In this document: positions 1-14,700 of the stretch, in pieces
How the letters are laid out: the number at the start of each line of letters is the position of its first letter
How positions within the stretch are numbered: position 1 is the first letter of the stretch
From: Microthyrium microscopicum
Taxonomy: Eukaryota
NCBI GenBank assembly: GCA_010405405.1
Contig: MU004232.1
Location: 267,481-331,480, forward strand
Direction: 5' to 3'
DNA: 64,000 nt
Notes under the pieces: model-generated
Database searches by the model: none
What the model was told of the DNA's origin: nothing
What the model saw: the letters and a program-made list of their open reading frames with translations, nothing else
Program-made: the position numbers and the translations under genes

Positions 1-400
1 AAATATTATCTTATTCTCTTATAGTTATAGCTATAATAAATAAATAAGAAGTTTATTTATTTATTATATTATTTTATAAATCTATTTATATCTCTATAAA
101 TAATAGTATATAAGAAAAACTAAGACAAGATTTAGATTCTCCTAGTCTAGAGCTATCAAATACTATAGTTTTTATTAAAAAATAATTAAGTTTAGTATAA
201 AAACTAGTATTTACTATTACACTATTATAATAGTAATTATAATAGTTTTTACTAGAGTAGTATTATTAAATACTAGTATTAGAATAAAGTAATCTTAGAG
301 CATACTAGATAGTAGTATAGTAGAATAGCGCTAAAATTTTCTCGTACTAGTATTAGAATAGAGTAGACTAGACTAATAATAGAGTAGTTTATACTAAGTA
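1..400. mobile_element. End of an AT-rich, RIP-degenerated repeat block (family not identifiable)
   Basis: Very AT-rich, TpA-rich and CpA/TpG-depleted, with an abrupt change to normal composition near 400. The motif tactagtattagaata recurs at 271 and 346. No protein motif could be recovered. Confidence 0.75.
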
Positions 401-1303
401 GTTTACCAACCCTGCCAATTACCAACCGCAGCAATACAAGATCTGATTATTCAACCATCGGATTGGTTGTTAGTCCGCTTCGCCTCTCGCGCTTCCGGCT
501 TGTTGCTTCGCCAGTTTCCACCTTCCTGGCCTTTTGTTGCTTGTCTGAAGTGTGTGAGTCTGGTTTGTCTCGCCCCAATCCCAATCCAATGCTTGCCGGC
601 CTCTTCCTGAATCCTGGCATGTTCTGGTCACTTAGTCCCTTGGTAAGGTAGTCCCCCAAGTCCCCATTGCAATGATGCGGTAGCTACTGCGCGAGCCTCA
701 GCGCCAGATGACTATGTGACTGCTGGCTTGTCTCATCCACCGCCCTACTAGGCTACTTGCCGCCTGATGAGTCTGATTTAGACACCTCCTCCCCTTCCTC
801 TCTCAAGTCAGAGGCCGTTTATAATAAGCCCCTTCCCAATTTCCAATCCGTTAAATCTGTCCATGCGCCTCTGCCTGTTACTCCAACTTCCTCTGGCCTT
901 GCCTTCACTCAGTAACCTACAGCTGCTCTGAGTCTATGGTGCTACTAACCAAGCCTCCTCGACCATTGTCACCTGGCTATTTCCCAATTTATGACAAGGC
1001 ATCAAAGTGACTTTCTGTACCAAAGTCTGACTCTAAATCACCCTAGTCCGGTTTCTAGTCTACCAGTTTCCACCGGTGTCTCTTACCATTATTCCGAGTT
1101 GGGTACCTAAATTCGACCATTGATTATATTCAACTATCATCCTCGACTCAACTCCGGTTTGCTCTAACCAGTAAACACAATTCATATCGCCACATTCTAT
1201 CAATTTCTGGTGCTTTGTCACCTATTAATAGTCTATTCTCTCACTGGAAATTCCAATCAACTTTCATCCCACTCTCTCCCACTTTTCTTCCTGCCAATTC
1301 CAG

Positions 1304-2723
1304 ATGTCTGACAAAGTGTCAACTGCCATGTCTATCAACAACATTATCCATGGGAGTGGCTCACAGCTTCTTACCCCATCACCGGACGATATCTTCACAA
1401 AGAAGTCACAATCGCCCGAGCCATTAGAGCAAGTGGACCCTCCTGTAGTTGGATTCACTCCTATCAATGCTTCTACCAACGAGTAAGTTTTCATTTTTCT
1501 ATTTCCTCGTGGGTCGACAAAATGAATGGCGCGCTCCCATACAAGACGATCTGCTATCGAGTGCTTTATTTGCCATCGAGCCCGTTCAGACATGGACTTT
1601 AAATCGAATGCGATGGGAAATATAGCATCTCTAATTAATAGCGTTCGTGGGAGCCATCTACGCTGATAGGAGAACGCCAGTTATTTTGTCCATCAGTTGG
1701 GGTACTATGTGATACGACTTACTGACATGCTCCAGAACCCCATTATTTCCAACACAAACTCGTTTGGTTGAACGAGAGTCAATGCCAGAGCACCTGTTCA
1801 CAGCCTCAAAACGACCACTATCAGGTAAAAACTCGCGCACAAAACCCACCTCACTGCAGAGCAACATGAGCACAATTTTGCGCCATCCAGCTGAATATCT
1901 GTCTGACTTGCAAGAAACAGTCTACGTATATCGCAGTGGATTAAACCAAGAGATGGACATGCTTGCCAACGCATGCGAAGCCAAAAGCGACGAAGAAGCA
2001 CGAAAAGCTGCGAAAGAAGCTGCATTAAATGCTCCTCCCCCTAGCACAAAACGTCGGGCACGAAAACCTGGCCAATCTTACGCGGAGGGCCCTCGCTCTG
2101 AACCTAAAGCTCGTGAAGCCCGGGGTCGCAAGCGCAAAGCTACTCCTAGTGACAAAGATGACACACCCAAGCGCATGCGAGCGGAACCCAACAAGAAGGC
2201 CAAGTGGGAGGAGTATGCAGATATTGTCGACTACACGCCACCCAACATGGAGGGCAACTTCCACAACTGGGACAAACAGGAACCAAAGAACCTCAAACTC
2301 GATCTATCCAATGACCCACTCCGCCACATGCTTCATCCCCGGGAGCTGGAAGCTTGCATGATTCACAACCTAGACTGCAACCGCTACCTAATCAGCAAGC
2401 GCCTCATATTCTATGGCAAGGTCGAATACATGGTGAAAGAGAAGAAGGCATACACCCGGACACATGCTCAGCAATATGGCATTATTGACGTCAACAAGTC
2501 TTCCAACCTCTGGGCCTTCTTCAACGCACTCGGATGGTTCAAGGATGAAAACTTCGCTGAAGCTGTAAAGGATTATCGCAACCGCGCAGCCACCTCTGGC
2601 GTCGATGGAGTAACACCCTGTGTCGACCCTTTGATCAAGAAGTCAGACCTGGTGGCAGTCCAACGCGAGAATGGAGGAAAGCTTCTAGAGGTTCGTCACT
2701 GGTTGAAGACACACCCCCATTAA
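1304..2723 (+). CDS. SWIRM-domain protein (Fun19/YOR338W-like); exons 1304-1482 and 1736-2723
   Basis: The C-terminal LDLSNDP..LHPREL..YLISKRLIF..AQQ..IDVNKSSNLWAFFNALGWF matches fungal Fun19-type SWIRM domains. Donor GA|gtaagt at 1483 and ctgac..ccag acceptor at 1735 join in frame with the 1764 ORF. Confidence 0.8.
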
Positions 2724-4590
2724 GCTACTGAGAAGACGTCAACTTCCAGCTCTCTCTAGTGGAAAGATGACGCTCATCTTGACAATCTGCTCTCAAATCC
2801 CTGAGGCATCTCATGATTACATTTACTTTCCTTTGTCAACCCACCCTACCATTACGCAATTCACGCATTGCACTTTGGATTTTATACCCTAACGACACAA
2901 CATTTTGATACCCCAACGATACCACACAACTCCATTATGGACAACGGAGCATGGGACAGACTTATCTCACCTTGAGTAGTCTCCTGGAGTTTTGGGATTT
3001 GCTTATTTTGTATTTTGGACTTTGCCGTCTCCCATGTTCGTGGAGATGAGCTTTCATGACTGTTCTCTCGCTGCATCAAGCAGCCAGCCAGTCAGTCCCC
3101 GCGGCTGCTTTATACCGTTGTTGTTTTTTCTACTTTGACACGCTCTTGTGTCCAAAGTCACATGTACCTTTTTTAGCCTCGTTTCCTCAATGGTACATAT
3201 TGGGCTTTTATAACATGATGGGATGATGGGTGGGTGGACTTTGACAGTATCGAAAGATCGATTATTCATTGCTTGGATGATGTTGGCTAGCTACTGGGCC
3301 ATTATTGCTACGGAGATAGGATAGAATACAAAGCATTTTTTGCTCAACTCACTTAGCAATATCGTGATCTTCTTCAGTGAAGATTGAATCCTAACTGACC
3401 GGTGTGGGGGCCAGAACCACTGCCTTTAATGAATGATACCGACATCCAAATTGATAGAAGCGGTGTACCTTGCATCCACAGCCTTGCAAGCTGCAAGCAA
3501 TGCATCAAAAAGGCAGCTTCCAGCAGGGCCTCAATCCTCTCCCCGAATTCAATTGATGAGTCAATGGCACTGACGTGACCGGTCATCTCGCACATTTTTC
3601 AGCCTGACAAGACTCACTGGCTTCTAGTAGTATCAAGCAGCCTATTTGGGTGGATATATTTATGGAGGCACGGCGACTAGGCTGAAGCCGCGCTGGTGGC
3701 CGCGTTGGTTTCCTTTAGCGCCCGCATAATAGTGGTGATAAAATTAGATATTCCTGGTTGACCTCGGCGGTTCTGTAATGACTTTTGGTTGAGGAACAAT
3801 GTTTTTCAACAGTTTGGATAGGAACAGTTGGTTTCCTGCTGCCATCAGTCGTTCATTGTATAAATCACATGCATGCATTCTGCAGCTGCATGTTGTGTAG
3901 TAATTCAAGTGCCTTTGTTACTCGTTGACTGATAAGTACAGTCTTAAACCACAAAAATGGCAACATTAAAGCGATTGACTCCCGTGCGCGACGTTAAGAC
4001 AGCTATGAAATCTTATAACAGTAAAATCCATTCAGATTCGTAGGCTAAAACCACTGGATCTATCTACATTGAAAGCAAGCAGCCCCAAGTCTCATCTATC
4101 ATTCTAGTCTTCTGAAATAACTATTTGAAGGACCTGGAACGCTTGAATACTAGCACCAATTATGCTTAAGAACCCACTCCACTCAGTCGGTACTAAAATG
4201 TAGAGCGGGGTTGCAAGAAGAGTAGCCAACAGAGCAGCTATCATCAGTGTAATACTCACCCTTCTGGGAAGCTTATTTTCTTTATAAATTGGGATGAATG
4301 AAAGAACAGTCCCGAGAAGCTGGGTAAGACTGGACTGTAAAAGGAACCAGAAATCTGCGTCTTCGAATGTTCCATGTTGGTGAGGTGAGAAAGAATATCC
4401 TAGCGCGAAAAGAGGGATTGTTGCAATAGTAGTAATTGAGAAGGTGAGCCAAAGAATTACAGTTCGAGACTACGCGATAATTAGCTAAATGCTTGAAGCC
4501 TAGGACTTATGCAATACCCAGAATCCGGATTTACGGTCAAGTTTCAGCTGATCATCTATCTTCTTTGACAAAGAATCCCTAGACAATTCA

Positions 4591-5360
4591 TTAGATGGTT
4601 TTAGTTTTGTCGTGGGCTGAGATGTACCAAGTATCCACGTTGCGTGGCATATTGCAACACTGTGCTCGAAAGTCTAGACACTCGTCAAGACGCGTCCATC
4701 GCTCACTAAGCATAAAAACGATGTCTCGTGTCAAAGACCCTCTAGGTGCTGCATGTAGAATTTGACCAACTAGAATGGTGGCTTTTTGCTCCGCGGAGCC
4801 TAGTTGTTCAGAAACCCATTGTATGGAATTCGGAGAATTTAACTCAGCTGGCATGAGCTGACAGGCAATCCTAGTGGACTTCTGCCAGTATTCAATGAAA
4901 ACCCGCTCTGTAAGATAGCCGTCACTAAACTCGGCTCTTCCCATTAAGATGTCCCCGAATTGCTGGGATATCATCCTGATCGATGCAGTGACCACTTGAG
5001 CTTCGTTCTGGCCAGCGGGATCGTCTTGGTTCAATACACCATCGATGATTAACCTGTAAGCTGAAAGTGTGATTGACAGAATGATCGAATCAAGTGATTC
5101 TAGAGTCCGGGCAATAGCCAACAGATCGGGATTCTGAATTCCTTGCCCATTGGGAGCCTTAATAGAAGGAAGAATACCTGTATTTACAGTTCGATCAGCA
5201 AGCATCATGTGAGTGAGGGAAAGCATTATTAGACTTGAGTTTCCAGAGCCTTTGCTTCAAACGATTTTCTGAATCACTTACTTGGAGTAACCCAGTTGGC
5301 TCTTCGACGCACAGTTCCCGGAGCGGAAGCATTACTGCTCGACGCCACGGAGTTGGACAT
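4591..5360 (-). CDS. Hypothetical protein; exons 5360-5282 and 5177-4591
   Basis: ATG at 5360 (MSNSVASSSNASAPG...), gtaagt donor at 5281 and gctgat..tacag acceptor splice in frame into the 211-aa ORF. No recognisable domain. The 3' end is uncertain. Confidence 0.55.
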
Positions 5361-6049
5361 TGTTAAGAGAGCATATAAAAGCCAAAAAAAAGATATTGAT
5401 TAGGACATCAACGAATATCAAATAAGGGAAGGTAATGAATAATCTGCTATGAGCTCGGGAGGATAGGATAGGTACTACCTGTGTATGTTCTGCTGCGGAA
5501 AAGGCGCAGTTGAGGCTTAGCGACGGCGGGCGCAGCGCCAGACAGCCACTACAGTGCTATCGGAGACCTGCTTATCCCCCCCCTAAAATCGTGAAGCGTC
5601 AGTCCACCGTATGATTGGCTTTGACTCAAGCCTTACGCGTGTATCATTGGTGTAAACAACGAGATCGAGAGACTAAGCCTGATGTAGACGAGATGGCTTG
5701 CCTCTAAGCCAACCAGCTGTCGATTATTCTTGTTAACAATTTTGGGGGGGGATAAGCAGGTCCCCGATAGCACTGTATGAACCGGACAGCCTGATGCACT
5801 GGACGGCCGGGTGAGTCTGATAGCCTACTGAACTGAACAACCTGTAGGCGAATGTCCCAGTCGTAGGACCTCATGAGGTGGTAACTTCGCGTCGACAATA
5901 ACTGAGCCACGAGAGAGTCATAGTGGACCTAACAATGGGACATCGAGCCTGAAAATACCGGGAATAGTGGCGGTGCAAGCAGGAGCAGCGTTGAGCTGAT
6001 GTTGAGTTGAAAGTAATATCGCAGAGTCAAAAAACCGAAACCCGCTAAC

Positions 6050-6395
6050 TCAGGAACGATATTTCCCCAAATACCAGCGAAGTAAATGGCTTTTTGTAGT
6101 AGCTATAGGCAACAGCATTCGTACCATGCTAACGTCTTTGGAAGCAGCGAGCCAATAGGTAAATTCTGATGGGAGTATGCCCAGTGGCATAAAAGTGTAG
6201 TTGAGCGAGGCTACCTTGGCACTGTTCCTGTTGAGATTGCTAAAAAGGAGCCCATTGACTTCCATATCACTGATACTAAGTAAGCAAAAGAAGCGTATTG
6301 AGCATTGGTATCTGTAACTTACCAGGCCCCAGTAGCATTCACAGGAGTGCGCTCAAGAATAGTTTTATTCTGATGGCCGCTGTATCCATTGGTGA
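6050..6395 (-). pseudogene. Spliced fragment of an unknown gene with no start codon
   Basis: ..WFTNGYSGHQNKTILERTPVNATGA then TG|gtaagt (6322) ..cttag|T ATC AGT GAT ATG GAA GTC, which splices in frame into ORF 6050-6265. An in-frame stop lies just upstream and no ATG precedes the first exon piece. Confidence 0.3.
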
Positions 6396-6398
6396 ACC

Positions 6399-7124
6399 AG
6401 CGAGGGCTTCATATCCATCACCATAGACCAGCCCGAAGACGCGAACATCATCGACCACCCCGATGGCAACATAGTCTACAACAATGCCACCATACTCGAC
6501 AACCCCGCCTGGGCTAAGTACCCTCGTGCAGCCGACGCATCCTTCATCATCGACCAGCTAAGCAACGCAACCGCCATGGACTCACTGCTCCCGCAACGCG
6601 GGCCACGCCCTTTCCCGACCGACCGCGTCGCAATGCTAGGACACTCGGAAGGTGGCGGGTCGGCCATCGTTGCTGCCAGTCGAGACCAACGCATTCGTGG
6701 CGCGATCAATTGGGATGGCACCATCCAGGGCTCGCCCGACTTCTCGGGACTGACCAAATCTCAGCCAGTCATGTTTTTCTACCATGATTTTGGCAACCCT
6801 GCTGCTGGTGATCCTACTTGGCTGGCAATGTGGCCTCAAATACTGGCAGCGAAGTTGATTGTGCGTGTTGGGAACACGACGCACCAGACATTCTCGGATG
6901 TGCCAACGCTGCTCGAGGCAGCTGGACAGAGCACAAAGCCACTTGCGGATGTGTTGGGCACAATTGACCCAGCTCAGATGGTGCGGATCGTGATTGCGTA
7001 CACGACAGAGTGGATGAACGGCGCGTTCGCTGGCAAGGAAGGGGGAGCGCTTCTGAAAGGCCAGGAGCCGGACAAGTTTCCTGAGGTCTCTATTACCTTG
7101 AGAGCCAATTTTCAGGACATGTGA
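6399..7124 (+). pseudogene. PAF-acetylhydrolase-like alpha/beta hydrolase, 5' part missing
   Basis: The frame is open from 6396: SEGFISITIDQPEDANIIDHPDG..RAADASFIIDQL..GHSEGG (nucleophile elbow)..GAINWDG..HQTFSD. There is an in-frame TGA at 6393 and no upstream exon with the expected N-terminal half was found. Confidence 0.7.
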
Positions 7125-7562
7125 TGCTCTGCGGAAGCTGTAGTCTTGTAGCATTGGTAAGCGCAATATACTCATGGCTCTGAGCTAGTTGCTTTCTCAA
7201 ATTGTACAACGCTCATTCTTGTAATGTGAACTATACTCTTGCCTGAATATGACCCTTGAAATCAGCATCTCGTTCTGCTGATACTGTAGGTCTCACAGCG
7301 TTCAGGAGGTCGCTCTCCAGGGACAAAATAAGTGAGCCGTTTGAGGGAGTTTCCATCGATTACAATGGCTGCCGATTATTGAATGCGATGGTAATTAAAG
7401 CAGCCACTCTTAGGAAGTGATATGGTAACCATTGTAATCGATAGGAATAATTATCAAACCCGTTCACTGATTTTGTCCCCGAAGAGGGTGGTTCGGAGGC
7501 GCTTGGAGCCTGGAGGTGAAGTAAACATGGAGAAGCTTGTTGAGGAAGGAGCTCAACATTTG

Positions 7563-7714
7563 TGTTGTGATGAAGAACATGCTAAGGGATTAGATAATCG
7601 TAGGACCTAATTAGGGATAACATAATCCCCTAATTAGCGTATCCTAAAAACTATATTAGGCCCTTAGACTCCTATAGTAATTAACTACGCTTTATTTCTT
7701 ATATTTTTATAATA
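7563..7714 (+). repeat. 5' LTR of the outer element
   Basis: Aligns without gaps to 24759-24910 and differs only by transitions. Confidence 0.95.
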
Positions 7715-10700
7715 TCTAGTAGTAATAATTTAATTTAATTAGGACTTCTAAATAATAGACCTTTTATAGGAATCTCTAAATTTACCTTATTATTAATAAT
7801 TACTTAAGATTAATATTTAGTAAAATATACTTTAAGAATATTATTTCTTAATTAGTTAGCCTTATTATAGCCTAATACTTAATAACTATATATTAGGAAA
7901 TAATTCTTAAGATTTATATATAATAATATTCCTTACTATAATATATTCTAAAAATATCTTAAATTATCTTTAATTTAAACTACTACTTTAAGGATTATTA
8001 AATATATTATAAGAATTATCTTTCTTATAATAATACTCTTCTTATCTTTACTAACCTTTACTATATTAATTATGTAGCTATTAGATAAAATATAAGAACT
8101 TCTTCTTAGAAAATTCCTTAAGATAATATTATAGGAACTTTACTATATAAATTAAAGCTAATAAGTAATAATATAAACTCTTAGCCTTAAATTATCTTAA
8201 GAAATTAGATTAAGATCTTATTTATATTAAGGAAGTATAAAAATCTACTTTAGAATAATTTTCTAACTCTAGATTCTATCTAACTAACTTTAGTATAGAA
8301 ACTTTTAGACTTTAAGACTCTTCTTTTATTTTACTAAGATTATACCTTTTATTAAAATTATTACTTCTTTTTACTAAAATAAATAATTAGTATAATAATA
8401 TTATAGCTTAAGCTATAAAATAAGATACTTAGTAAGTATAATATTAAGCTTAAGTTACTAACCTAGGTTTCTAAAATAAATAACTTACTTTTATATTACT
8501 AAATAACTTTCTTAGCGTACTAAATCCTAGTCTTAATCTTATAACTTAGATTACTAATATTTAGTAATTAAGGCTTTAAGCTCTAAACTATTTTACTAGT
8601 ATGTATTAAGTTAATTCTTAGACTATTAACTATTCTTTTACTAAACTATAAACTTCTTTTTAGGCTTAAAACTATACTTCTAAAAGACTTAACTATATTC
8701 TTTAGGCTTATAACTAAACTTTCTAATATAATAATAATAAAAATTAGTAGTTTATAAATAAGCCTATTTTTCTTTAGAGAGCATTATTTTACTCTATTAC
8801 TAATAAGTAAATTAAATAAGATTATAGCCCTAAATCTATAAAAAATATTTAATATACTTAGTAGTAGAAGATAATAAATTATATTACTAAATTAATCTCT
8901 TATCTTAACGTAAGTAAGTTTACTTTATATACCTAAGATTACTAAGTAAATAAAATTAAGGCTTATATCTAGACTTAGGCTTTAATTTAGAAAACTTTAT
9001 AAATAAGTATTACTTACTTAGATTTTATAAGAAAGCTAAGTAAGGAGTTAAATAAGACTATTAAATTACTCTTCTAAACTTTTAGTTCCTAAAAACTTAT
9101 TAAGATAATAAAAGATATTCCTTAAGAATAAAGATAATATTTAACTAAGTTTAAAATACTTCTTAATAATTTATTCTTTAGAAAACTAAGTAAATATAAT
9201 GCTTAGGCTAAGAGCCTTCTTTATATCTTTAAGGCTAGTAAAGATATTCTTTTATTAAATTCTACTCTACCTAAGTAGTAAAAAATTACTAAGGTTAAAG
9301 AATATCTTTTTATTAAGTAATATCTTTTATAAGCTAACTTAGCTTAATAATAAGTTATAAAGGAGTTTAAGATACTTAAAAGTTTATCTTACTTTTTTAT
9401 CTACTTTTAACTTATATTTAGTATTAAAAAAGATATACTTAAGGTTAGTATTTAGTAAAATTATATATTATAGGTTTTATTTACTAAGGAATTTATTTAT
9501 TATTTTTATATTTTATAAACTTAAATAAATCCTATACTTACTAATTATAAAATAAGTATCTAAATTTAAAGAGACCTTAAAGAATAAGTTATTCTTAAAG
9601 CTAAGTATAAATATAGTACTATTCCTAACTTTATAGTTAATATTTTAGCCTTTAAATAAGAGATTATTAAATATAATATAGACTTTTATAGAAATATATA
9701 TAATACTTATAATATTTATAAGCTAAGGTAGCTTAATAAAATCTTTTCTAGTTTTAAGGAAGATAAAGAGCTTACTCTAGATACTAGTTTTAAAAAATAT
9801 CTTAAGGAAGTTAATAGTAAAAACTATACTAATAATAAGTTTAAGTTAAATAATAAAAATTTAGAGTAGCTTAACGTTATAAATAGCTATAGTTACTATT
9901 CTAAAGGATAATATAATACTTAATACTTTAAGAAATTTAACTTTAATAAGAAGTTATATTCTTCTTATAAAAAAGACTCTAAAAGTAAGAAAGCTTCTAT
10001 AGATAACTCTAAACTTAAGTACTAAAATTATAATAAACTTAGCTACTATACTATAGATTATAAAAAGCTTAACTAATAATAATAAGATTTAAAAAACTAT
10101 TATTACTAAGAGATAAATAAAAATTTTTTAGCTTAGAATTAAAATACTCTACTTATCTATATAATAACTAATAAGCTTTCCTTAACTATATAAGTAAATA
10201 TAGTAATATTCTTTTATATCTACTTATTTACTTATATTATAAAAATTATTCTATTAAGACTATAGCTTTCTTAAACTTAGAAGCTAATTCTATTTACGTT
10301 AGTTAAAAGATTATTAAGAAACTTAAAGCTCTTATAATACCTATCTTAAAGAAAGAAGTTATTCTTATAAATAGCTATATAGTTATAACTTCTTTTAGAA
10401 TTTATTTACCTTATTATATTAAGACTTTTTATAGCTACTTTAAGGCTTATATCCTAAATATTTTTAATTTTAATATTATTTTTAGACTCTTATAGTTCTA
10501 GTTATATAATTTATAAATTAATTAAATAATAGAGTAAATTAAACTTATAAAGTAATACTTAAGAAGCTTATATACTTATAAGCTTACTATAGAACACTAA
10601 GTAAAGCTTCTCTAGAATAAGAAAAGCTACCTAAAATAAGTAGAGTAGTTTATAGCTAGCTTTCTTTATATAATCTTTTAAGTACTTTAGAATAGAGTAA

Positions 10701-11524
10701 AAAGAGTAAGAGATAAAGTTAAGAGCGTTCTTTAGCTAATTTAAGAAATATAGAAATAGCTTAATATCCTCTTAATAACTAATAACCTTAATATTAATAA
10801 ACTTACTCTAAAAGATAAAGATATATAGAAACTTTTAAATAATTATTATAAGTCCTTTTATTATACTCTTCTTAAACTTCTATTATATTCTAAGTTTAAT
10901 TATAAAATCTCTATAGAGAATACTTCTTCTTATAATTAAGCTTATTATTAAATATTTAGCCTATAACTAGAAGAGTAGAAAAAGTAGATTTAAGAACTAC
11001 TTACTAAAAGACTTATTAAAGTCTTAGAAAGTTTTTAAAGTTTTTTTATTTTATTTATACTAAAGCTAAGAAGAAAATAAAGAATATATATTAACTACTA
11101 TCTACTTAATATAGTTATATATAAGGATACTTATTCTTTATTATAAATTAATAAGTATCTTAATACTATTAGTAAAGTAAGATTCTTTTTTAAGCTTAAT
11201 TTCCTATTAGGCTATTAGTAAGTCTATATAGTAGAAAAAGATATTAAAAAAATAGCCTTTAATACTAAGTCTAAGAAGTATAAGTTCTTTATTATACCTT
11301 TTAGATTAATAAATATACTATTATTCTTCTAGTATATAATAAATACTCTTTTTTAGCTTTTTTTATTAACTTATATAGTTATTTACTTAAATAATATTAT
11401 TATTTACTTAGATACTATAGAGGAATATTATAAGTATATTACTTAGGTTCTAAAGATCCTTTAAAATAATAAGCTCTACGCTTATTTTAATAAATACGTT
11501 TTTAGGATTAAGAAGATTAAATTC

Positions 11525-11726
11525 TATTAGGAACCTACGAGCGTAAGGGTACAAGCTAATAGTAGATATAATTCAAGAAAACTAATACGAAGAATCTAAG
11601 AGAGAGGGCAAAGAACGATTATAAGTAAGCTACGCTAGATAATCTTTAGGCGCTAAGCCCTTAGCATTACGTAATAGGAGATACTAATAATATTATAATA
11701 AGATTAATAGTGGCAAATCTATAACA
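11525..11726 (-). repeat. 3' LTR of the nested element
   Basis: Direct repeat of 18727-18928, adjacent to the polypurine tract. Confidence 0.93.
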
Positions 11727-14700
11727 ATACTCCCCCTTCTAAGATTAGCGCTCCTAAGCTAAAAACTTACAAAAGGATAAGATTTATAATTAAGTCGTAT
11801 GGTCCTATAATTCCAACACTTTTAGGGTATAAAACATAAAATATAAAAAGCAAAGATAACATCCTTTCTTTATATATAACTACTATACGTACCTATTCCT
11901 TATATTGTCCTCTAGCCTACTAAAGTAACTATTAAGAGGCATTAATAAACCTTAAGATATCTTTAGAATACTCTAGTTTATAAACTAAGTATTAAGGTAT
12001 ACGTAGTAGTATTCTTTACTATTCTAAGGAAAGTCTATCTAAATTATACTCCTCCTCTTTCTTCTTTTAAAGATCTATAAATATAGAATATAGCCTTAGT
12101 TTATTAAGGTTTTAGTTATAGTACTTAGTAATAAGTTCTAGATAGGAGTTAAGATCTAACTATAGTTACTAATTAGGATCGTAGTTCTAATTATCCTATC
12201 TTATAAACTAGACTTTATACTATAAAACCTTCTTCTTACTAAAGCCTTTTATAATACCTATCTTACTATTAATAACGTAATTAACTATCTACTCCTACTC
12301 TATATTATTATCTATATTTATAATTATAGGAAGGTTATCTAGTTCTTAAAGTACAGCAGTATATTTAGGAATAAAGTAGAGTAGCTAAGCATAGAAGATA
12401 AGGTAAATCTTTATCTTTTCTAGTAGTTCTAACTTATAGGTAAGGGTGTTAATCTTCTTAATAATCTTAAAGAGTCCTATAGATTTATTATTAAGGAATT
12501 TTAATAGTTAGAGAGATTTATAATAGTAAGCGTTAAAGCATACCTAATTACCTAATTTAAGGTCTAGTACTAGTTAATGAGTCTTATTAGCCTACTCTTC
12601 TATAAGAGCGGTAGACTACAAGATCTATTTTTAAAGATACTTATAAAGGTCAATACAAGTATAGAGATATTAGTTAGTAAGTTATTATTTAGTTTAGGTT
12701 AGCTTAGTTCCTAAGCAGGCCTTTAGAGGCATTAGTTCTAATCCTAATTAAAGAAGATAACCATTAAGTACGTAGAAGAGACTTATCTTAATAGAGGCGT
12801 AGACAGTATAGTTAGCTTTAAACTTAGCGAATAGTAGTAGTCCTACTTAGTTATTCTATTACTAGTTAATAAAGCATCTAAGGTAAGCTTTTAGTACTAT
12901 AACTAATATTTCTATAATACTATTACCCTATAAGTACTAAGTAGTAGTTAAGTAGATAATAATACTAATACGTTTATAAAGACGTTACTAAAATGCGAAC
13001 GTAAATTATAAACTATAGTTAGAGAAAATAGAGTTAGGCTATCTAGTATATTTCTAGATTTAGTTAAGGAACGTAAGAACTATTATCTATATACTTAAGT
13101 TAGAGAAAGGTATAAATCGTTAGGTATATATTAGCCTATCTATAATAACTATAATATAATAGTAGATAGTTCTAAGGTAAATACAAAGTAGTAAAGCAAC
13201 TATAAAGTTAATAAAGATATTAAACTAGGTATAGTTAGGTAGTAGAAACGACTAAAGAAGACCCTACTTCTTTTATTTAACTAGCTTAGAGAACGCGCAC
13301 TTATATACTTTAATATAGTACTTTATATCTTTAGCTATATAGGGCTAATAGTAGAATTAATAGAGGCGCTAATATATAGAAGTTATACTACTATAACCTA
13401 TTATTTTATAATTATATGTATATTTAATAGCGCAGTGTTAAAGACGTCCTATAAGGACAAGGAGTTATTATCTATACTAAATAGTGCTATTAGTAAGTAC
13501 TTAGTAATCACTAAGTTCAATTAAGTCTTTTTCTAAGGTATTATATAGTAGGCAATATAACTATATAGCTTTAGAGTTATAGATTATTTAAACGAGCTTA
13601 TCTAATTAGCTAGCCTTAATAATATCTTTCTATAATATCTCTAGGTTAGCTAGCACGTTATTTATCCTAGAGTAATTAATTAACTTGCCTAGGATTAAGG
13701 TAAAACCCCCTATAGTTAGTTAATTAATTAGCTCGCCTTCTATAGTTAGTATATTAACTTTATTAGCGACGATTATAATAAGTTTAATTATTATAGGTCG
13801 TTTGCTATTAATAAAGAGAATAGCAATCTTAATAGTATATTAAGTATTATAAGAGTAAGAAATCTCATAGTAGGTATTAAAGTTATAAAAGGAAAGGATT
13901 AGTTATATTTATTAGGTAATCTATAGATTATTATTAGATTTTAGAAGATTCTATAATCTCTAAGTTAGTATATCTACTTTTGTATTAAAGGGACTATTAT
14001 AATATTTAATCTTAAACTAGAATTAAGAGAGAAACTCTACTTATTAAGCTTAATAGCAAGATAGCTTTTTAATTAATATAAAAGTATGCAAGTTAAGATA
14101 GTTAGTAAAAACTTATATAGGATTAAAGGTTAAAAATAATTCAGGTTTTTATTTCTTAAATACCTATATGATTATAAGTAGCTCTTTATTATAGATATTA
14201 TAATTATACTTTATTAGGGTTATCTTTTTAGAAAGAAAAGCTACTAGATAAAGCTTACTATTTATGCCTTTCTAAGAAAGGATAGTTACTACTACCTAGT
14301 CTAAGGCATTAGTTTTAACCTAAGTCTTAGTATTAGAGTTAAAGTAATAAAGAATTAGAGCAGTAGTAAAGGCCTTCTTTAATATGTTAAAAGCTTATTC
14401 TTTAGGTCTAGTCTTACTCTATAGGAAGTATAAGAGAGCGTCCTTCTTAGTTAGTATAGTAAGTAGTATAATAATTTTTAAGTATTCTTTAATAAAATAG
14501 TAATAAAAGTTTATAAAGCTAAGGAATATCTAAACGTCTTTTAGAGAGATAGAGTAATGCTAGTTAAGTACGATATTAACCTTCTTCTTATCTATTTAGA
14601 TTCCGTTAGATATAATAATAATACTAAGATATTTAACTAATTAGGTTATAAACTTAGATTTAGAAATATTAAGATAGAGTCTAGCTTTTTTAAACTTATT

